This document shows positions 49,422 to 64,000 of a stretch of DNA of 64,000 nt, piece by piece (position 1 is the stretch's first letter; each line of letters opens with the position of its first letter). Position numbers and translations under genes: made by a program. Location: assembly GCA_047495785.1 (NCBI GenBank), contig JBLDXI010000024.1:372001-436000 (forward strand), read 5' to 3'. The stretch comes from Lepidodermella squamata. Taxonomy: Eukaryota > Animalia > Gastrotricha. Below the pieces are notes generated by a model that had not been told where the DNA came from, did no database searches, and saw only the letters and a list, made by a program, of their open reading frames with translations.

Positions 49422-52400
49422 ATGGAATCACGCCCGCGTTATGATCTTGATGACAATGAATGCATAATAACGAGTGTGTACGCAGCTTCCTGGTAATGCG
49501 CAAGTACAAGATGACGTGAAAGCGGGTCGATGGCAGCCGTGTGTTATTGATATGTATATTTATGAGTCGCAAATCATTGATTTGTTTTCCTTTCATTGCA
49601 CAGGCCCCCCGATCGATGCGGCTTCGATCTCGATGTCATTTACACAAGATTGCAGCGGGTGAAGGCGTTTCGACGCTTTCACCCTTTGATGCTCCAGCAG
49701 GTGGCATATTTCGGATATTACGAACAGCTCGAGGCTGGCGTCACATGTGAGCTTTCTTCCTTAATTTCATCCGGAAAACTTGACGAGAACAGAAAAGCGA
49801 GTTTCTGACTACATATCGGCGTTGCTAGGAACCTGTTCTTCAATTTCGTATTCACAACTCGTTACAAGCCCCCTGCTAAATGATACTAACAACCGCTTGC
49901 GTGATTCGCGTCGATATGGAGCAATGAGAAGAGAAGGGAAAACACAGGCCTCGCTTGGCTTGGCGGCTAAATAACACCCTTGCGCTCTCATGATCGCTTG
50001 TGGAAATGCCTTTTATTGGCATCCCGCTGAATAATTGCCGAGTCCAACATAACTCAGTTTGATTTTATCGGTATCTAGCTTGCTCGCATCGCAGACGTAG
50101 GAGTCGCGTTTTATGCTGATGTAATATCATTATCAGTTATTCGACTCTTGAGACCAGTTTGCATTCTGTTCTGTGCGCGCTCTTGCTGTCGGGCAAATTA
50201 TACTTTTCTCACGACTCGCAGCGAAGCCGAGGCATTTAGAATATTGCAAAAAGCTGACGAATCAAATTAGGAATTTCTGCCATATTCTATCACGTTCGAC
50301 TTGAATTAAGATAGCCACGGTATCCAGAACAAAGATTTCACGCCATGAAATGATTGAAAAAACATAAATCGATTTATCAAATTGACAGTCATTTTACTTC
50401 CTTTTATCCAGTGTTTCATCAAGGCGACGTCGGAACGAACTGGTATGCAGTATTATCAGGAAAACTAGAAGTGCGAGCATCTGAAACCGGCAACAGTAGG
50501 GTTTGTCATTCAATTTCAACCAGCCTTCCTTTCGATAAAAGAAATGTTATTCAGGAGTCTACGACTTTATGTATTCTTGGCCCTGGCAGTTCTTTCGGTG
50601 ACTCGGTGCTAACAAATAAACCACGCCTGGCAACGCTTGTTACCTGTGAACCATGTGAAATTTTTCGGCTAGAGCGAGATGACTACGTCATGCTCTGCAT
50701 GGTAAGTGGAGTGATTTTTTCTGTTAACTTATTCCACCTTAAATTTTCAAGTAAACGATGAAAAATAGCGCGCTAATTCTGATTCTTGTCTCGAGGCATG
50801 ATTTGCATTCATCGCGTTATTTACAGCGCTGATAATTACGACAGCGTGGTGAAACTCCCGTGTGTGTTTGTCTCCGGGCATTAGTTTTTTATATCCTAGT
50901 GAATTCCAGTTGGAAATGAACGCGTGGCCGAGCTCGCTTCATCACGGTAGTATAAGATTCGAAGCACTGTCTAATTTATCGATCATGCGCATCAGTGCCC
51001 ACATTGTGCGCGCATGTGTGTCCGTTGCCGTCTGACACACGGCCGCGATGTACTTCTCCTCAGTAGTAGTGAAAATTCATAGAAAATTCGTGAAATTGAA
51101 GAATATGTTACGTCGGATACGCAGAGGGGGTAAATGTATATGAAGAAGGTTCGTGTTTTAGATTGATTGATTTTTTCTTCATATTCGCTCTCAGTTCTTT
51201 TCCGCCTGCTTTCTTCTCAACGCCTCGCGCGTTAAATCGTAATAATAATAGTAATAGTAATAATAACAGTAGTGGTTATAGTAATTTGTAATAAGGAGCA
51301 GTTTGTTAAAAATCGAAGTATTGTTCGCTACTATACGTCTGGAAATCTCATTGGAGCTCAGCTATGGCATTTCTAATTATCTTTTTCCGGTCTGCTCCAT
51401 GGCAACTGCGTTGCTGAAGGAGGCCAGAGGACATGAATTTCGTTTTGCTATCGAAGGTACCTAGCGGTTTGCTCTTAGCTGGTAGCGCGGATTAGCTGCA
51501 CCGATCATTACGGTTCTTTCTCCTTTTTCATTACTTGAATTCTGTGAAAACGCTACGCTGGACTCGAAAAAGAAACGCATCCGACTCGTTTTGCTCAGGA
51601 TTTTTCGAAAATCCCATTATAGACGGCTGATTGCTGAAGTATGCTAGTATTCTATTGTCTTATGCATGTCGTCACGGATTATCCCGCGAATTTATCTGCA
51701 TAACAAATATCTCATTGATTTTTTTCTATCTTTGCAGCGTAACAAGCGGCTGCTCGAGAGCACTGGCAGCAGTCAATCGGTCGGTGCTTTTGAAGGCTTT
51801 CGACTTCTCTCTTCGAGATGGGCTGAGGCAAAAGACTACCCCTTGCCGCCGCCGTCGCCGCCTCCCGACAAATCATCGCACATGCGAGCATCGTCGTCCG
51901 CGACCGTTACCGCTGCTGCTGCCCAATCTGCTGTTGACTGTGATAACTCGATATATATGCCAGTCCCGTCTGCTGTTTCGGCGCCCAACCTCGGCGGCAT
52001 CTGCGAGCATGGCCTGCGTGAGACGACGGCCGATTTGGCCCGCGCCGACCCATCGGGCCGCCTGCCCTCCGGCGCCGTCCTCACCGTAGAGGACATCCCG
52101 GCGAACGAGCCGCTACCAGAGCCTGGAACTCTTTCAAGAAGCACCTCTCGGCGGTCTTTGATGCACGACACTAATAACTCGACTCTAACTCGACACAATG
52201 CTCCGGTTCCTATCGTAACTTTCTCGCCCGATGTCTCCGCCGGCCCGACAATGTCCTCGTCGAAGCACTTGCTGAAACGAACGACCGTGCACAAGAACCC
52301 GGCTGACACCGTTTTCGACCGATCTACCGACTCGGTGTTTCGGATTTCACGCATGCTTCGAACGCTGATCACTAGTCGCTTTCCTGGCATGATCCGTGAC

Positions 52401-55009
52401 CGGAAGTATCATCAACAGACGCATCGAAGCTGCATGGTCGGGACGGAAATGGTCGATTGGCTAATACAACAGTGCGAGCACATCCAGTCGCGAGCTCAAG
52501 CGGCGTGGATGTGGCAAGTTCTGCTCGAATCCGGTCACATCGTGCACGTGTCGCGTGAGCAATACTTTCAAGACCGCTACCAGTGTTACCGGTTCAGCGA
52601 GGACGACGCCGCTATTGTCAGCCTGCCATCCGTGGGCGAGCGGCGGGAAGCAATCGACAGTGCTCCGTCTAGTTTATCGCTGCTGCTATTATTAGCGCCG
52701 GAAGCGATGCTACGTGTGATTTTGCGCAAACAGCCCCGTGACCGCTCAGTTGTTGAGCTTGAAATCATATGCGAAGAGCTGAGACACCTCGCCTCGTTTG
52801 CCTACCTCTCGACATCGCTGCGGCGAAGGCTTGCGCCCGTCGTGCGATTCGAAGCTCATTTCGGCCAAGGGATGCCAATTTTCGAGCGAGGCGACAAAGC
52901 CGATGCGTGGTACACCATTTTCAGCGGTAATTTCATTTTTCTCAATAAATCCAGTTTCTCATTCTCTCAACTTGATAGGTTGTGTCGACGTTATGTCCGA
53001 GGACGGCAGTCACGCGGTTGCAACGTTGCGAGATGGTGACGACTTCGGGAAAATGGCCCTCGTCTCGGACGACCCTCGTAAAAACTCAGTTGTGCTCAAG
53101 AGTAGCTATGCTCACGTGCTTAAAGTTGCCAAAGCCGATTTTCGCCGTATATTGTACGAAATTGAGGCTAACACCATTCGAGTTCAGGAAGATGGGGTTG
53201 ACGTTTTTGTCATTGAAAGAGTTTGTTTAGAATTTCGCTTGCCTTACTCCGTAATCCATAATGTTTACTTTTAGCTACCCGACGGTCGAAAAGCCATTCT
53301 TGCCGGTACAGATGAAAAGATTTTCGAATACCTCCTAGATCACTGCATAACAACTGCGAACGCCAATGCGTTATCTGCCTCCGAAGCAGCTGGGGTGACG
53401 GCTACCGATCCTCAAGTTGCAGACATTTTGATCGCGATGCCCGCAGCCGGTACCTCGAAACGCGTCATCGCCGTGCTTTTCAAGCTCTACCTCGCCGCTA
53501 CTCAAATGATGCAGCAGTACGGAAGCCACTGGATCACCAGGTGCCCTGATGCTGTGAAAACGGTCGCTATCGAACGGAAGCGCGCTGTTGTTGAATTCGT
53601 CCGGCAATGGGTCTATGTGACAGGCGATGCAATTTGGCAGGACGATACAATCAGTGGCTTTGTGTCCGAACTGGCGGCCGAGGTGTGCAACGACTCGAAC
53701 GTACTACCTGCTCTTTCAGAATCTCTAGCCACGGCTCGACGGCTCTGCGATCTACGCGACCAGGCACTTGCTGTGGCCTCATCGATCGAAGCTCAACAAG
53801 AGGCGGCTTTCATCAGCCGGCAAAGCTTCGGCGCTGTCATTCGGCCGATTCGTACCAATGATGAATGTAAGCCCAGCCTTTCCTGTTATTTCTTATAATA
53901 CCTACCTATTCATATTTTTCAGTTTTCTTTAAATTGCACTCATCTGACGATACCTGTGCTACACTCACGATGCCTGTTGATACAACGGTGCGCGACTTGC
54001 TAGTCGAAGGCGCGAAATGCCTTGATATTGATGACCCTGACTTGATATTAGTAGAGCTACGTAGCTCAGGGGAGAAAGTTGTTTTTGAGAGCGCCGACGT
54101 CGGTGTTTTTACCCGGCTGACGCCCAACGGGCGGCTTTACCTCATTCCATCGGTCTGTATTGATGACCTAACGGTGGCGCCTATGCCAGCACCACAGCCT
54201 ACATTCACGAATTTTCATATCGTAAGCTCGAGAGATGTTGCCTATACCATCTCAGTTCAAGACTGGGAGCTTTTCAACTGCATTCACGAACACGAATTGC
54301 TTTTCGCGATTCTTGGGCGGGATGTTCACAACCGAGCAACGCCGAACCTGGACAGATTCTTAAGGCGCTTCTACGAACTTCAGTTCTGGACTGCCGGTGA
54401 AATTTTGGTTCAGTCGAACCCAAGCCGTAGGGCTGCTCTTCTAAGAAAATTCATCAAGGTAAGCCGGTTGTCGATGATGATATTTGAATATTTCAACTAT
54501 TTTAATTCGTACAGATATCGATATTGCTTCGTGAATATCACAATTTGAACGCCTGCTTCGCCATTGTGATGGGCCTTGCGAACCCAGCCGTCGCGCGAAT
54601 CACCAACACCTGGTCACGAGTGCCTAATAGAATGAGACACGCCTTTGCAGAATTGGAGATGCTGGTCGACCCTGCCCGAGATAATCACCCTTACCGCCGG
54701 CTGATTGCTCGACTCCATCCACCTGTCATTCCATCTGTACCTCTACATCTCAGACAGTTGGCGGACACTCGAGCTCTAGCGCGGTCAACTTACAATGGCA
54801 ACTTGCTTAACTTCGAAAAGATCTCAGCCTTCGCGGCGCCGTTGAGGCTGATTCGCTTCAGCCGCAGTCAACCGTTGACCCTGCAGCCTCCGATCGGATT
54901 CGGCAGATGGCGCGATTACCTCTTTAAATATTTCATGAATCTCCAGGTGATCGATTCGCAGCTAATGTTAAATCAATTATCACATTGCCTACAACCATCT
55001 GCTCATTGA
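49422..55009 (+). CDS. RAPGEF4: Epac, cAMP-activated Rap GEF (CNB-A, DEP, CNB-B, REM, RA, CDC25)
   Basis: [87 protein letters not shown]; CDC25 LRKFIK..NLNACFAIVMGL..NFEK. The first coding exon (ATG 49422) is uncertain; the conserved part starts at about 49604. Confidence 0.9.
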
Positions 55010-56679
55010 TATACTGCCCCGAAGTCTGTATTTGCTTTGGCTGATCTGTGCGAATTCTCTGGATAGATTATTGATGGTATCATTTCCTACAATTTTCTAC
55101 GTGAAATTTTCAATTCTTTTTTCAAAGTGTGCTATCAACTTATAACTGCATTGTAGTTATAGGTAAATTCTATTGATCTCTAATATTAATAATCATAATC
55201 GATATACTGAATGAAGAGCGATCGATATTTTCTTTCTCTGAACGGTGTAATTGATGATGCATGTAATTGTGCGAAATAACAATACTTATTCAATGAAGAA
55301 AAGTACAGCTATTATATTTATGATGATACCTTCGAATGGCTAATTGATATATTTTTGTGAAAAACTGCCAATATCTATATTGATGACAGTATCATATTCC
55401 TGCTTGTATTGTGTGCAATTTTAACGACGGGATTCGCTTCGCTGGGAGTGGTCCTCTTCCATTACGTTCATTTATGTTATCAGCGGCACTTGCTTATTCG
55501 TTGTTGTGTTTAGTCATCCAGAAGTTTCGGTGTTATCGAAATCGATGTCATGATTCATCGGAGAATTCTTATGAAAGAATTGGTTTTATAAGGAAAATAA
55601 ATTCTTCAATTCTATGTTGCTTTTTGTATCCCGATTTGTATCCAGAAGCAGTAACTAAAAGACTATCAGCGACCAATGCTAGCATCAGATAGCTGAAATC
55701 TTGTTGCGACAAAGGGTTTTTGAATCTATTCCGAGGGAAGCGAGGTGAAGATAACGCCAGAAGGAGATGGTTCAGCTGATATCAACATTTATCAGTTTTA
55801 CCTTATTAGTTCAGTTCAGCTTGAGTTTAGTTATAATTTTTAACTCCTCGAGTTTGACTATTAGATCTATGGGGCAAATCCCGGTGTATGTGCCGGCATC
55901 CTGTAACGTCTTATTACAGCGATTTAGTTGAAGAGTTTCAGCTTCCAGCCTTTTGCGCACAATTGCGCGCGCGTTTATACCATCCATGAGACAGGTAGGA
56001 TTTTTCACGCCTTTTGATTCACATGAGGCGTTAGAGTGCAGAAAACGAATTGGATTGCTAATGCTACAGAACTTGGTAACATAAATATCATAAACTTAAC
56101 CCAGCTCGCGAGTCATCTGAAAGACATCTGAGCGCACAAAGTAATTTTGCATGGTTGGTAGCCATAGAAAAATGAAATTTAAATCAAGGCATATCTGAAA
56201 TCGGCTACAATCGGTTGAAATTAGCTTAGAGTTTGCTTAGCGTACCGTCTGGCTCAGCTAGAGGAGGTCGAACAAAAACTTGGTGACTGGGCCAGGGACG
56301 CGGGGACTTGAAAATTAAAAACGACAAATACTGCGGCTGCCTAACTGCAAATTTTTGTCGACAAATTTGAATTTTAAGAAAAAATTGAATATGTTTGACC
56401 AATTTTTAAATTTATAAATTTTCATATTTATACCCGATATTTCTATTTTTAACCCGAAATCTAAGGTTCTGGGAAATCTTCGGATTTTCGCCTGGAAACG
56501 CTCGACGTCTTGCTCCAAATACTTATTCTTACGTTAACTTTTGATTTTACCTTCTATGCCTTATGTTGGGATTGATGATGATGATGATTACAGCTTTACA
56601 CTTTAGTTTCGCCGCCTTCGACTGAAGCAGAGCAATTTTAGGTTAGGAATCTGGCGTCGGGACTGAATGTCATGAAGAA

Positions 56680-59490
56680 TTGGACTGTTTGTACTATAAT
56701 TTTAGATCTATTGTTCATAAAGTTGATATTCTTATCGATATTATTCTCAACCGTCCTGTAAAACCAAAAATTATAGTTGGAGTTGAAAGCTGGCTCTCTG
56801 ATGATATTGTGCTTAACGAATTGAATAATCTTGGTTATGAAGTCTTTAGGTGTGATAGAAGTGACTGCGGCTCTCCTAGCGGAGGAGTTCTCCTTCTTGT
56901 CTCGAAAGAGTTGTCTCCTATTGAGATCACCAAGATGTCCTCGCACATGTGTGAAATTCTGATTTGCGATATTTTTGTGAACAATAATCCTCTCCGTATC
57001 TGTGGTGTCTATCGATCTCCCTCGGCTCCATTAGATGGCACTTTGATGTTGAATAAATTTATATCCGAGCATCTTAGTGACAAATTATTTGTCCTACTTG
57101 GGGACTTCAACTTTCCGCAAATTCGTTGGGATTCATATGATGTTGTTCGTGGTGAAGCGGCTGCTAGGAAATTTGTAAATACCATTCTTGACTTGGATGC
57201 GAAGCAGCTTGTTTCTTTCCCCACCAGGAAGAACAACACACTTGACCTTATATTTTCAAATAGCTCATCTGTTGTTACCAAGATTGATTCGCTGCCTCCG
57301 TTTTACACATCTGATCATGTGTCGATCGGCTTCTCGCTGTCGTTCTCTGATTATACCATGCCGTTGTCTCTTAACCCTGTCAAGTTATTGGACTTTCATC
57401 ATGTTGACTTCCCTGGCTTTGAGGTATTCTTGGCATCTGTTGATTGGCAGAATGTGTTCGCTAATTGCTGTGATGTTAATGCCATGTATAATGCGTTTGT
57501 TGAGGTTATTTCCCATGGATACTTCAATTTTGTTCCATTGAAACAGTTTTCCAAGCAGCGTAAAACTACGCCTTGGTATAACAGAGATTTACATCGCCTC
57601 ACACGCCTACGTGAAAAATGGTGGAAATTATACTGCTCTCGTAAACGTCAATATGACCTTGATAAATTTTATAAATTATCGCGGAAATGGAAGGCTGCAA
57701 ACGACAACTTGCGCGCTGAGTATGAGATGAGGGTAGTAAGCAATGGCAAAATCAAAAGTTTTTACCGTTATGCTAATTCTCGCTTGAAATCAAAACCATC
57801 CGTTCCTAGTTTGCGTTCTCCGGATGGATCTGTAATATCTTCGGATGTCGGCAAATGTAATATTTTAAACTCCTTCTTTTCTTCTGTTTTTACTATTGAT
57901 AATAATCTACCAATTCCTCCTTCCGCTAATCCTTGTTCTTCTGAATTGTCCAGAATCAATTTTCCTGTGACGATTATTGAAGGCTTTCTCAAAAAGATTG
58001 ATGTAAACACGTCTATGGGTCCGGATTGCATTCACCCGACCATCTTACGTAATTTATCTAACTCTTTGTCTTACCCTATGTCTCTAATATTCACTGCTAG
58101 TTTTGAAAGTGGTGCCTTACCAGACCTTTGGAAAATAGCAAATGTTATACCCGTTTATAAAGGCTCTGGTTCTTCCTCGTCATGTGAGAATTACAGGCCT
58201 ATTAGCCTTACCAGTGTGCCTTGTAAAATAATGGAATCCGTTGTTAAATTTGACATCTTATCTTTTTTATTAAAAAACAATTTGATATCTCCGTCTCAAT
58301 TTGGTTTCCTCCCTGGTCGTAGTACAGAATTACAACTGCTTGAAACTGTGAATGATTGGTCTCGCACTCTTGATTGTGGTAAATCTGTTGACTGTATATA
58401 TTTTGATCTCAAAAAAGCATTCGACTCTGTGTCCCATATTAAATTGTTATCCAAATTGAAATACTACGGTATAAATGGCCCCCTTCTTGATTGGATAAAT
58501 TCTTTCTTATCAAATCGCTTTCAGCGTGTTGCAATCAATAATTCTTTCTCTGCCTGGTCAAATGTCTCATCTGGTGTCCCTCAGGGTAGTGTACTAGGTC
58601 CACTGTTGTTTGTTATATTTATCAATGATCTTCCTAAAGTGGTGAAACATTGTATTATAAAAATGTACGCTGATGATGTTAAGCTGTATCCTAAGCCTGG
58701 CATTTCTCCTGAACTTGTGCAATATGACATAAATTCTGTAACGAATTTTTTTATCTTACATCAGATGTCTATTAATATGAGCAAATGCGTTGTTCTTAGA
58801 CTTGGTCATAATAATCCTTGTTTTCCTTACTTTGTAGCTGATAATCCTATTAAATCTGTTTATGAAATCAAAGACCTAGGTGTTATTATTGATTCTAAAT
58901 TATCATTCTCTTCTCATTGTAACTACATATACAATAAAGCTAGACGTCTTTGTGGCCTAATTCTTAATTCCTTTGTATCTCGTGATTCCTCTGTCTTAAT
59001 AAAAGCTTTCAATTCTTACGTGTTACCTTTATTTTTATATTGTTCCACAGTATGGAATCCGACTAATATTACCGATCGTAAGCTCCTTGAAAAATGTCTA
59101 AAAAATTTCTCATCCCGATTGATTGTCCCTCCTTTCGCCCCGCTATGTTATTCCGATCGGCTTAGTAAATTCAATATTTTATCTCTTCATCAACGATGGA
59201 CCATTAGAGATCTCCAAATGACTCATAAAATTATTCACAACCATAGCATTATACCTCCTAGTGATTTCTATATTCTACCTTTTTCGGATAAGACTAGGTC
59301 ATGTCACAACAGCAAATTGATTCTCCCACCATGGCATCATAAGTTTAGGTACTCTTCCTTTGTTATTCGCTCTTCGCTTCTATGGAACTCACTACCAAAT
59401 GAGTTAACATGTATAATTTCTTCTTTGATATTTAACTGTAAAATTCATAAATTTGTTGTTTCATCTTTGCCTATTTTGCCTGTATCCTAA
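56680..59490 (+). CDS. LINE ORF2: AP endonuclease plus reverse transcriptase
   Basis: APE motifs YYNFRS, GVESWL, GGVLL, VYRSP, LGDFN, LDLI, SDH. RT motifs NYRPISLTS, QFGF, DLKKAFDSV, GVPQGSVLGPLLF, YADD, KDLGV. Confidence 0.95.
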   Translation: MDCLYYNFRSIVHKVDILIDIILNRPVKPKIIVGVESWLSDDIVLNELNNLGYEVFRCDRSDCGSPSGGVLLLVSKELSPIEITKMSSHMCEILICDIFVNNNPLRICGVYRSPSAPLDGTLMLNKFISEHLSDKLFVLLGDFNFPQIRWDSYDVVRGEAAARKFVNTILDLDAKQLVSFPTRKNNTLDLIFSNSSSVVTKIDSLPPFYTSDHVSIGFSLSFSDYTMPLSLNPVKLLDFHHVDFPGFEVFLASVDWQNVFANCCDVNAMYNAFVEVISHGYFNFVPLKQFSKQRKTTPWYNRDLHRLTRLREKWWKLYCSRKRQYDLDKFYKLSRKWKAANDNLRAEYEMRVVSNGKIKSFYRYANSRLKSKPSVPSLRSPDGSVISSDVGKCNILNSFFSSVFTIDNNLPIPPSANPCSSELSRINFPVTIIEGFLKKIDVNTSMGPDCIHPTILRNLSNSLSYPMSLIFTASFESGALPDLWKIANVIPVYKGSGSSSSCENYRPISLTSVPCKIMESVVKFDILSFLLKNNLISPSQFGFLPGRSTELQLLETVNDWSRTLDCGKSVDCIYFDLKKAFDSVSHIKLLSKLKYYGINGPLLDWINSFLSNRFQRVAINNSFSAWSNVSSGVPQGSVLGPLLFVIFINDLPKVVKHCIIKMYADDVKLYPKPGISPELVQYDINSVTNFFILHQMSINMSKCVVLRLGHNNPCFPYFVADNPIKSVYEIKDLGVIIDSKLSFSSHCNYIYNKARRLCGLILNSFVSRDSSVLIKAFNSYVLPLFLYCSTVWNPTNITDRKLLEKCLKNFSSRLIVPPFAPLCYSDRLSKFNILSLHQRWTIRDLQMTHKIIHNHSIIPPSDFYILPFSDKTRSCHNSKLILPPWHHKFRYSSFVIRSSLLWNSLPNELTCIISSLIFNCKIHKFVVSSLPILPVS

Positions 59491-59670
59491 TTTGTCTATT
59501 CATTGTTCTTAGTGTGCGTTAACTTGTCTTATATGCACCATTATGGATATAATTTTCGATTCAGTCCCGGACGCCTTAAGTCAGCGCTCGTTCCGTCATT
59601 TGTACCTATTTTTCATTATGGATTGTTTATATTATAGTTTAACTGGTGCAAAAGAACGGTGAAATAATAA

Positions 59671-59690
59671 AGTTTGAGTTTGAGTTTGAG
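59671..59690 (+). repeat. (AGTTTG)n microsatellite tail at the LINE 3' terminus
   Basis: AGTTTGAGTTTGAGTTTGAG directly follows AATAAA; short tandem tails are typical of CR1/L2 elements. Confidence 0.85.
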
Positions 59691-59807
59691 AGCGAAATGT
59701 GTCGAAAATTGGTGACTAGGTTGATATCGGTTTGTAGAACTTGTTGAATTTCGAGATCTGACTTGGCCGCAAAATAGACTATCGAACTATCGAAAATAGC
59801 AGAGGTC

Positions 59808-60299
59808 CTAAGACTGACCCTTGAGGTACTCCATAATTGATGAAAGCTGGCGAGGATGGTTGATTGTTACAGATTTACAGATGGTTGTATCGTCAAGGCG
59901 TATTCCCGACGATGACACCCTGCCAACGGCTGTCGAGAAACTACTTGCATAGCTCTCGGCTGCTTCGTTCTCCCGCATACGCAGGTTGAACAGGCCACGG
60001 CAGGCTAATTATTGAGCCGAAGGATTTTCGGACGAAAAATACCTTAGTATCGCCGCCCACATCCGAGAAGGCTCATCTTCATTCTCGATCAAGAACGACA
60101 GTTCATCGGAGATGGATTTATTCAAGATCATTAAGACATTCTCCTTAGCGTCGAGCCAAGTTACCTGCAAGGAAGGATCTTCCGGCTTCCGGCGGGTCCA
60201 GAGGACGACCATCGACACCTTCGACCAAAGCTAGCAGATGCTCCTTTCGGAGTAGAGAGCGCATGTAGTAATGTAGTTATTCACAAATGCAAGATTCAT
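59808..60299 (-). pseudogene. Degenerate Ty1/copia-type gag fragment
   Basis: YMRSLLRKEHLLALVEG, a frameshift, then AKENVLMILNKSISDELSFLIENEDEPSRMWAAILRYF..AQ*LACRGLFNLRMRENEAAESYASSF..SSGIRLDD. This follows the copia gag (UBN2) consensus pattern, with an in-frame stop at 60009-60011. No LTR recognised. Confidence 0.65.
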
Positions 60300-60682
60300 G
60301 AGCCATGAGAGCTGAGCTTCCACGAAGGCGTCATACCTTACCAGAGTTCGCTACAATTGTGTTTGCATTCTTACCAAATACCGCGCCAACCAATGCCCGT
60401 AAACATAACGCATAACTGCGCGCGAAGTTTAGAGAGTGAAGCTCCGTTTTCGATCAACAAGTGCGTTGTGAAAAGTTTCACATCGCGCTTGTTAAGTTGA
60501 TCGTACAACCTTGAGCACAACGCAGACGGCAGAAGATTGACATCTTTGGAGTAATCTTGTTAATAGTTGCAAGTTGTGTCTCGAATGTGAGATTTAGTTC
60601 GATACTTGATCGTGTCAATATCGATGTTCATTTTATAACAATTTTTTAGATTCTGCTTCTACAAATTACTCAGTTGTAGAGC

Positions 60683-63154
<2,472 letters not shown>

Positions 63155-63454
63155 TCACTGTTATATTTAATGACAGCGTTCGTGTTTACTTCTCTACGCC
63201 CGTAATGTAAAATGAACTATGATCCATCAACTGCAAATGATATAGTGATGATGATAACAATTCACCTTATTATCACACAGTTAGAATACTTTTAATTAAT
63301 GGCGACCTTCGAAATGACTTTCCCTTCAGCTGGTAGATTTATGTAATAAACATGAAAAATCGCCCATTCTGCAAGAATAAAAGATGGCGAGATTCACAAT
63401 AAAGTTTATTATTGTTGGAAACCTGTTTTGCATTGTAGAGTTTTTGTTGTGTAA

Positions 63455-64000
63455 ATGTTGACGAAACGGAGTGTTTTGAATGCGATAAGACGATGCATTT
63501 CCACAAGATTCACTTGCCTTGCGTTTGAAACGAGTTGCGATGATACTGGGGTTGCTATCGTAGATTCCGAAGGCAGCATTTTGGGAGAATCTGTGTACTC
63601 GCAGCTGAAAAACACGATCCGCTTCGGCGGTGTCATCCCACCCATCGCCGCTGAATTTCATAAAGAATCTCTGCAGCCGGCTCTCGGTGAAGTTCTTGCT
63701 CAGGCTTCCAAGTACAATATTACAGCCAACCTGGATGGTATTGACTATATCGCAGTAACACATGCGCCTGGAATTCCTATAGCTCTTAAAACGGGATTGA
63801 ATTTCGCGAAAAAGCTGGCGATAACATTCAAAAAGCCACTTGTTCCCATTCATCACATGCAAGCTCATGCTCTAACACCTCGTTTACTTGAAAAGTTGGA
63901 TCATTCTTCTAACGAATACAAAACTGATGTAGTTTTCTACTTGCAGAATCCAATATCCGTTTCTCGTTTTACTGATAAGTGGCGGTCACTCTTTATTAGT
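63455..64000 (+). CDS. OSGEPL1: Mitochondrial tRNA t6A37 threonylcarbamoyltransferase (Qri7/TsaD-like), partial; runs off the window
   Basis: MLTKRSVLNAIRRCISTR (presequence-like), then FETSCDDTGVAIVD, FGGVIPPIA, VPIHHMQAHALT and, after an intron, YPFLVLLISGGHS. Absent from the ORF track because the frame has no stop inside the window. Confidence 0.93.
   Translation, partial: MLTKRSVLNAIRRCISTRFTCLAFETSCDDTGVAIVDSEGSILGESVYSQLKNTIRFGGVIPPIAAEFHKESLQPALGEVLAQASKYNITANLDGIDYIAVTHAPGIPIALKTGLNFAKKLAITFKKPLVPIHHMQAHALTPRLLEKLDHSSNEYKTDVVFYLQNPISVSRFTDKWRSLFIS

Larger units (their letters stand above)
56229..59690 (+). mobile_element. Non-LTR retrotransposon (CR1/L2-group LINE), single APE+RT ORF, apparently intact
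   Basis: 936-aa open frame, ~190-nt 3'UTR, AATAAA at 59666-59671 and an (AGTTTG)3 tail. The 3' end is firm. The 5' boundary is a guess based on a possible GAGTTTG target duplication at 56229-56235. Confidence 0.9.

Noticed and set aside
55811-56008. ORF left of the LINE as a continuation of the copia element
   Set aside because: No convincing pol or RNase H motif, so nesting of the LINE inside the copia element is unsupported.
63326-63868. 180-aa minus-strand ORF
   Set aside because: Antisense to the clearly conserved OSGEPL1 exon.

Overview
This is eukaryotic DNA from a compact-genome bilaterian invertebrate, not a prokaryote. Genes are split by GT-AG introns mostly 50-65 nt long, so the ORF track shows exon fragments; I assembled the gene models by hand from splice sites and motif recognition. 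In order: the probable last exon of a collagen-IV-NC1-like gene (+), ZMYND11/BS69 (-), IGF2BP/Imp (+), Par3 (-), an intronless ankyrin-repeat gene (-), class IIa HDAC (-), a nicotinic ACh receptor alpha subunit (-), a very short collagen IV-like gene (-), two tandem Nova/Pasilla paralogues (-), Epac/RAPGEF4 (+), an intact-ORF CR1/L2-type LINE (+), a copia gag relic (-), NDUFS1 (+) and the start of OSGEPL1 (+). The best candidate for a novel system is the mini collagen IV. It has a mucin-like N-terminus, only about 41 Gly-X-Y triplets, and a full NC1 domain with a ~65-aa insert and both sulfilimine residues in register; a second divergent NC1 gene may end at the window start. Other notable points: a single-ORF, AUG-less LINE whose 5' and 3' UTRs are complementary; a Nova pair differing in intron content; an FxCC nAChR built from micro-exons; an operon-like NDUFS1-OSGEPL1 junction; and gene content resembling the Hox-linked ancestral linkage group. 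No database searches were run, so all family calls rest on motif recognition from memory.
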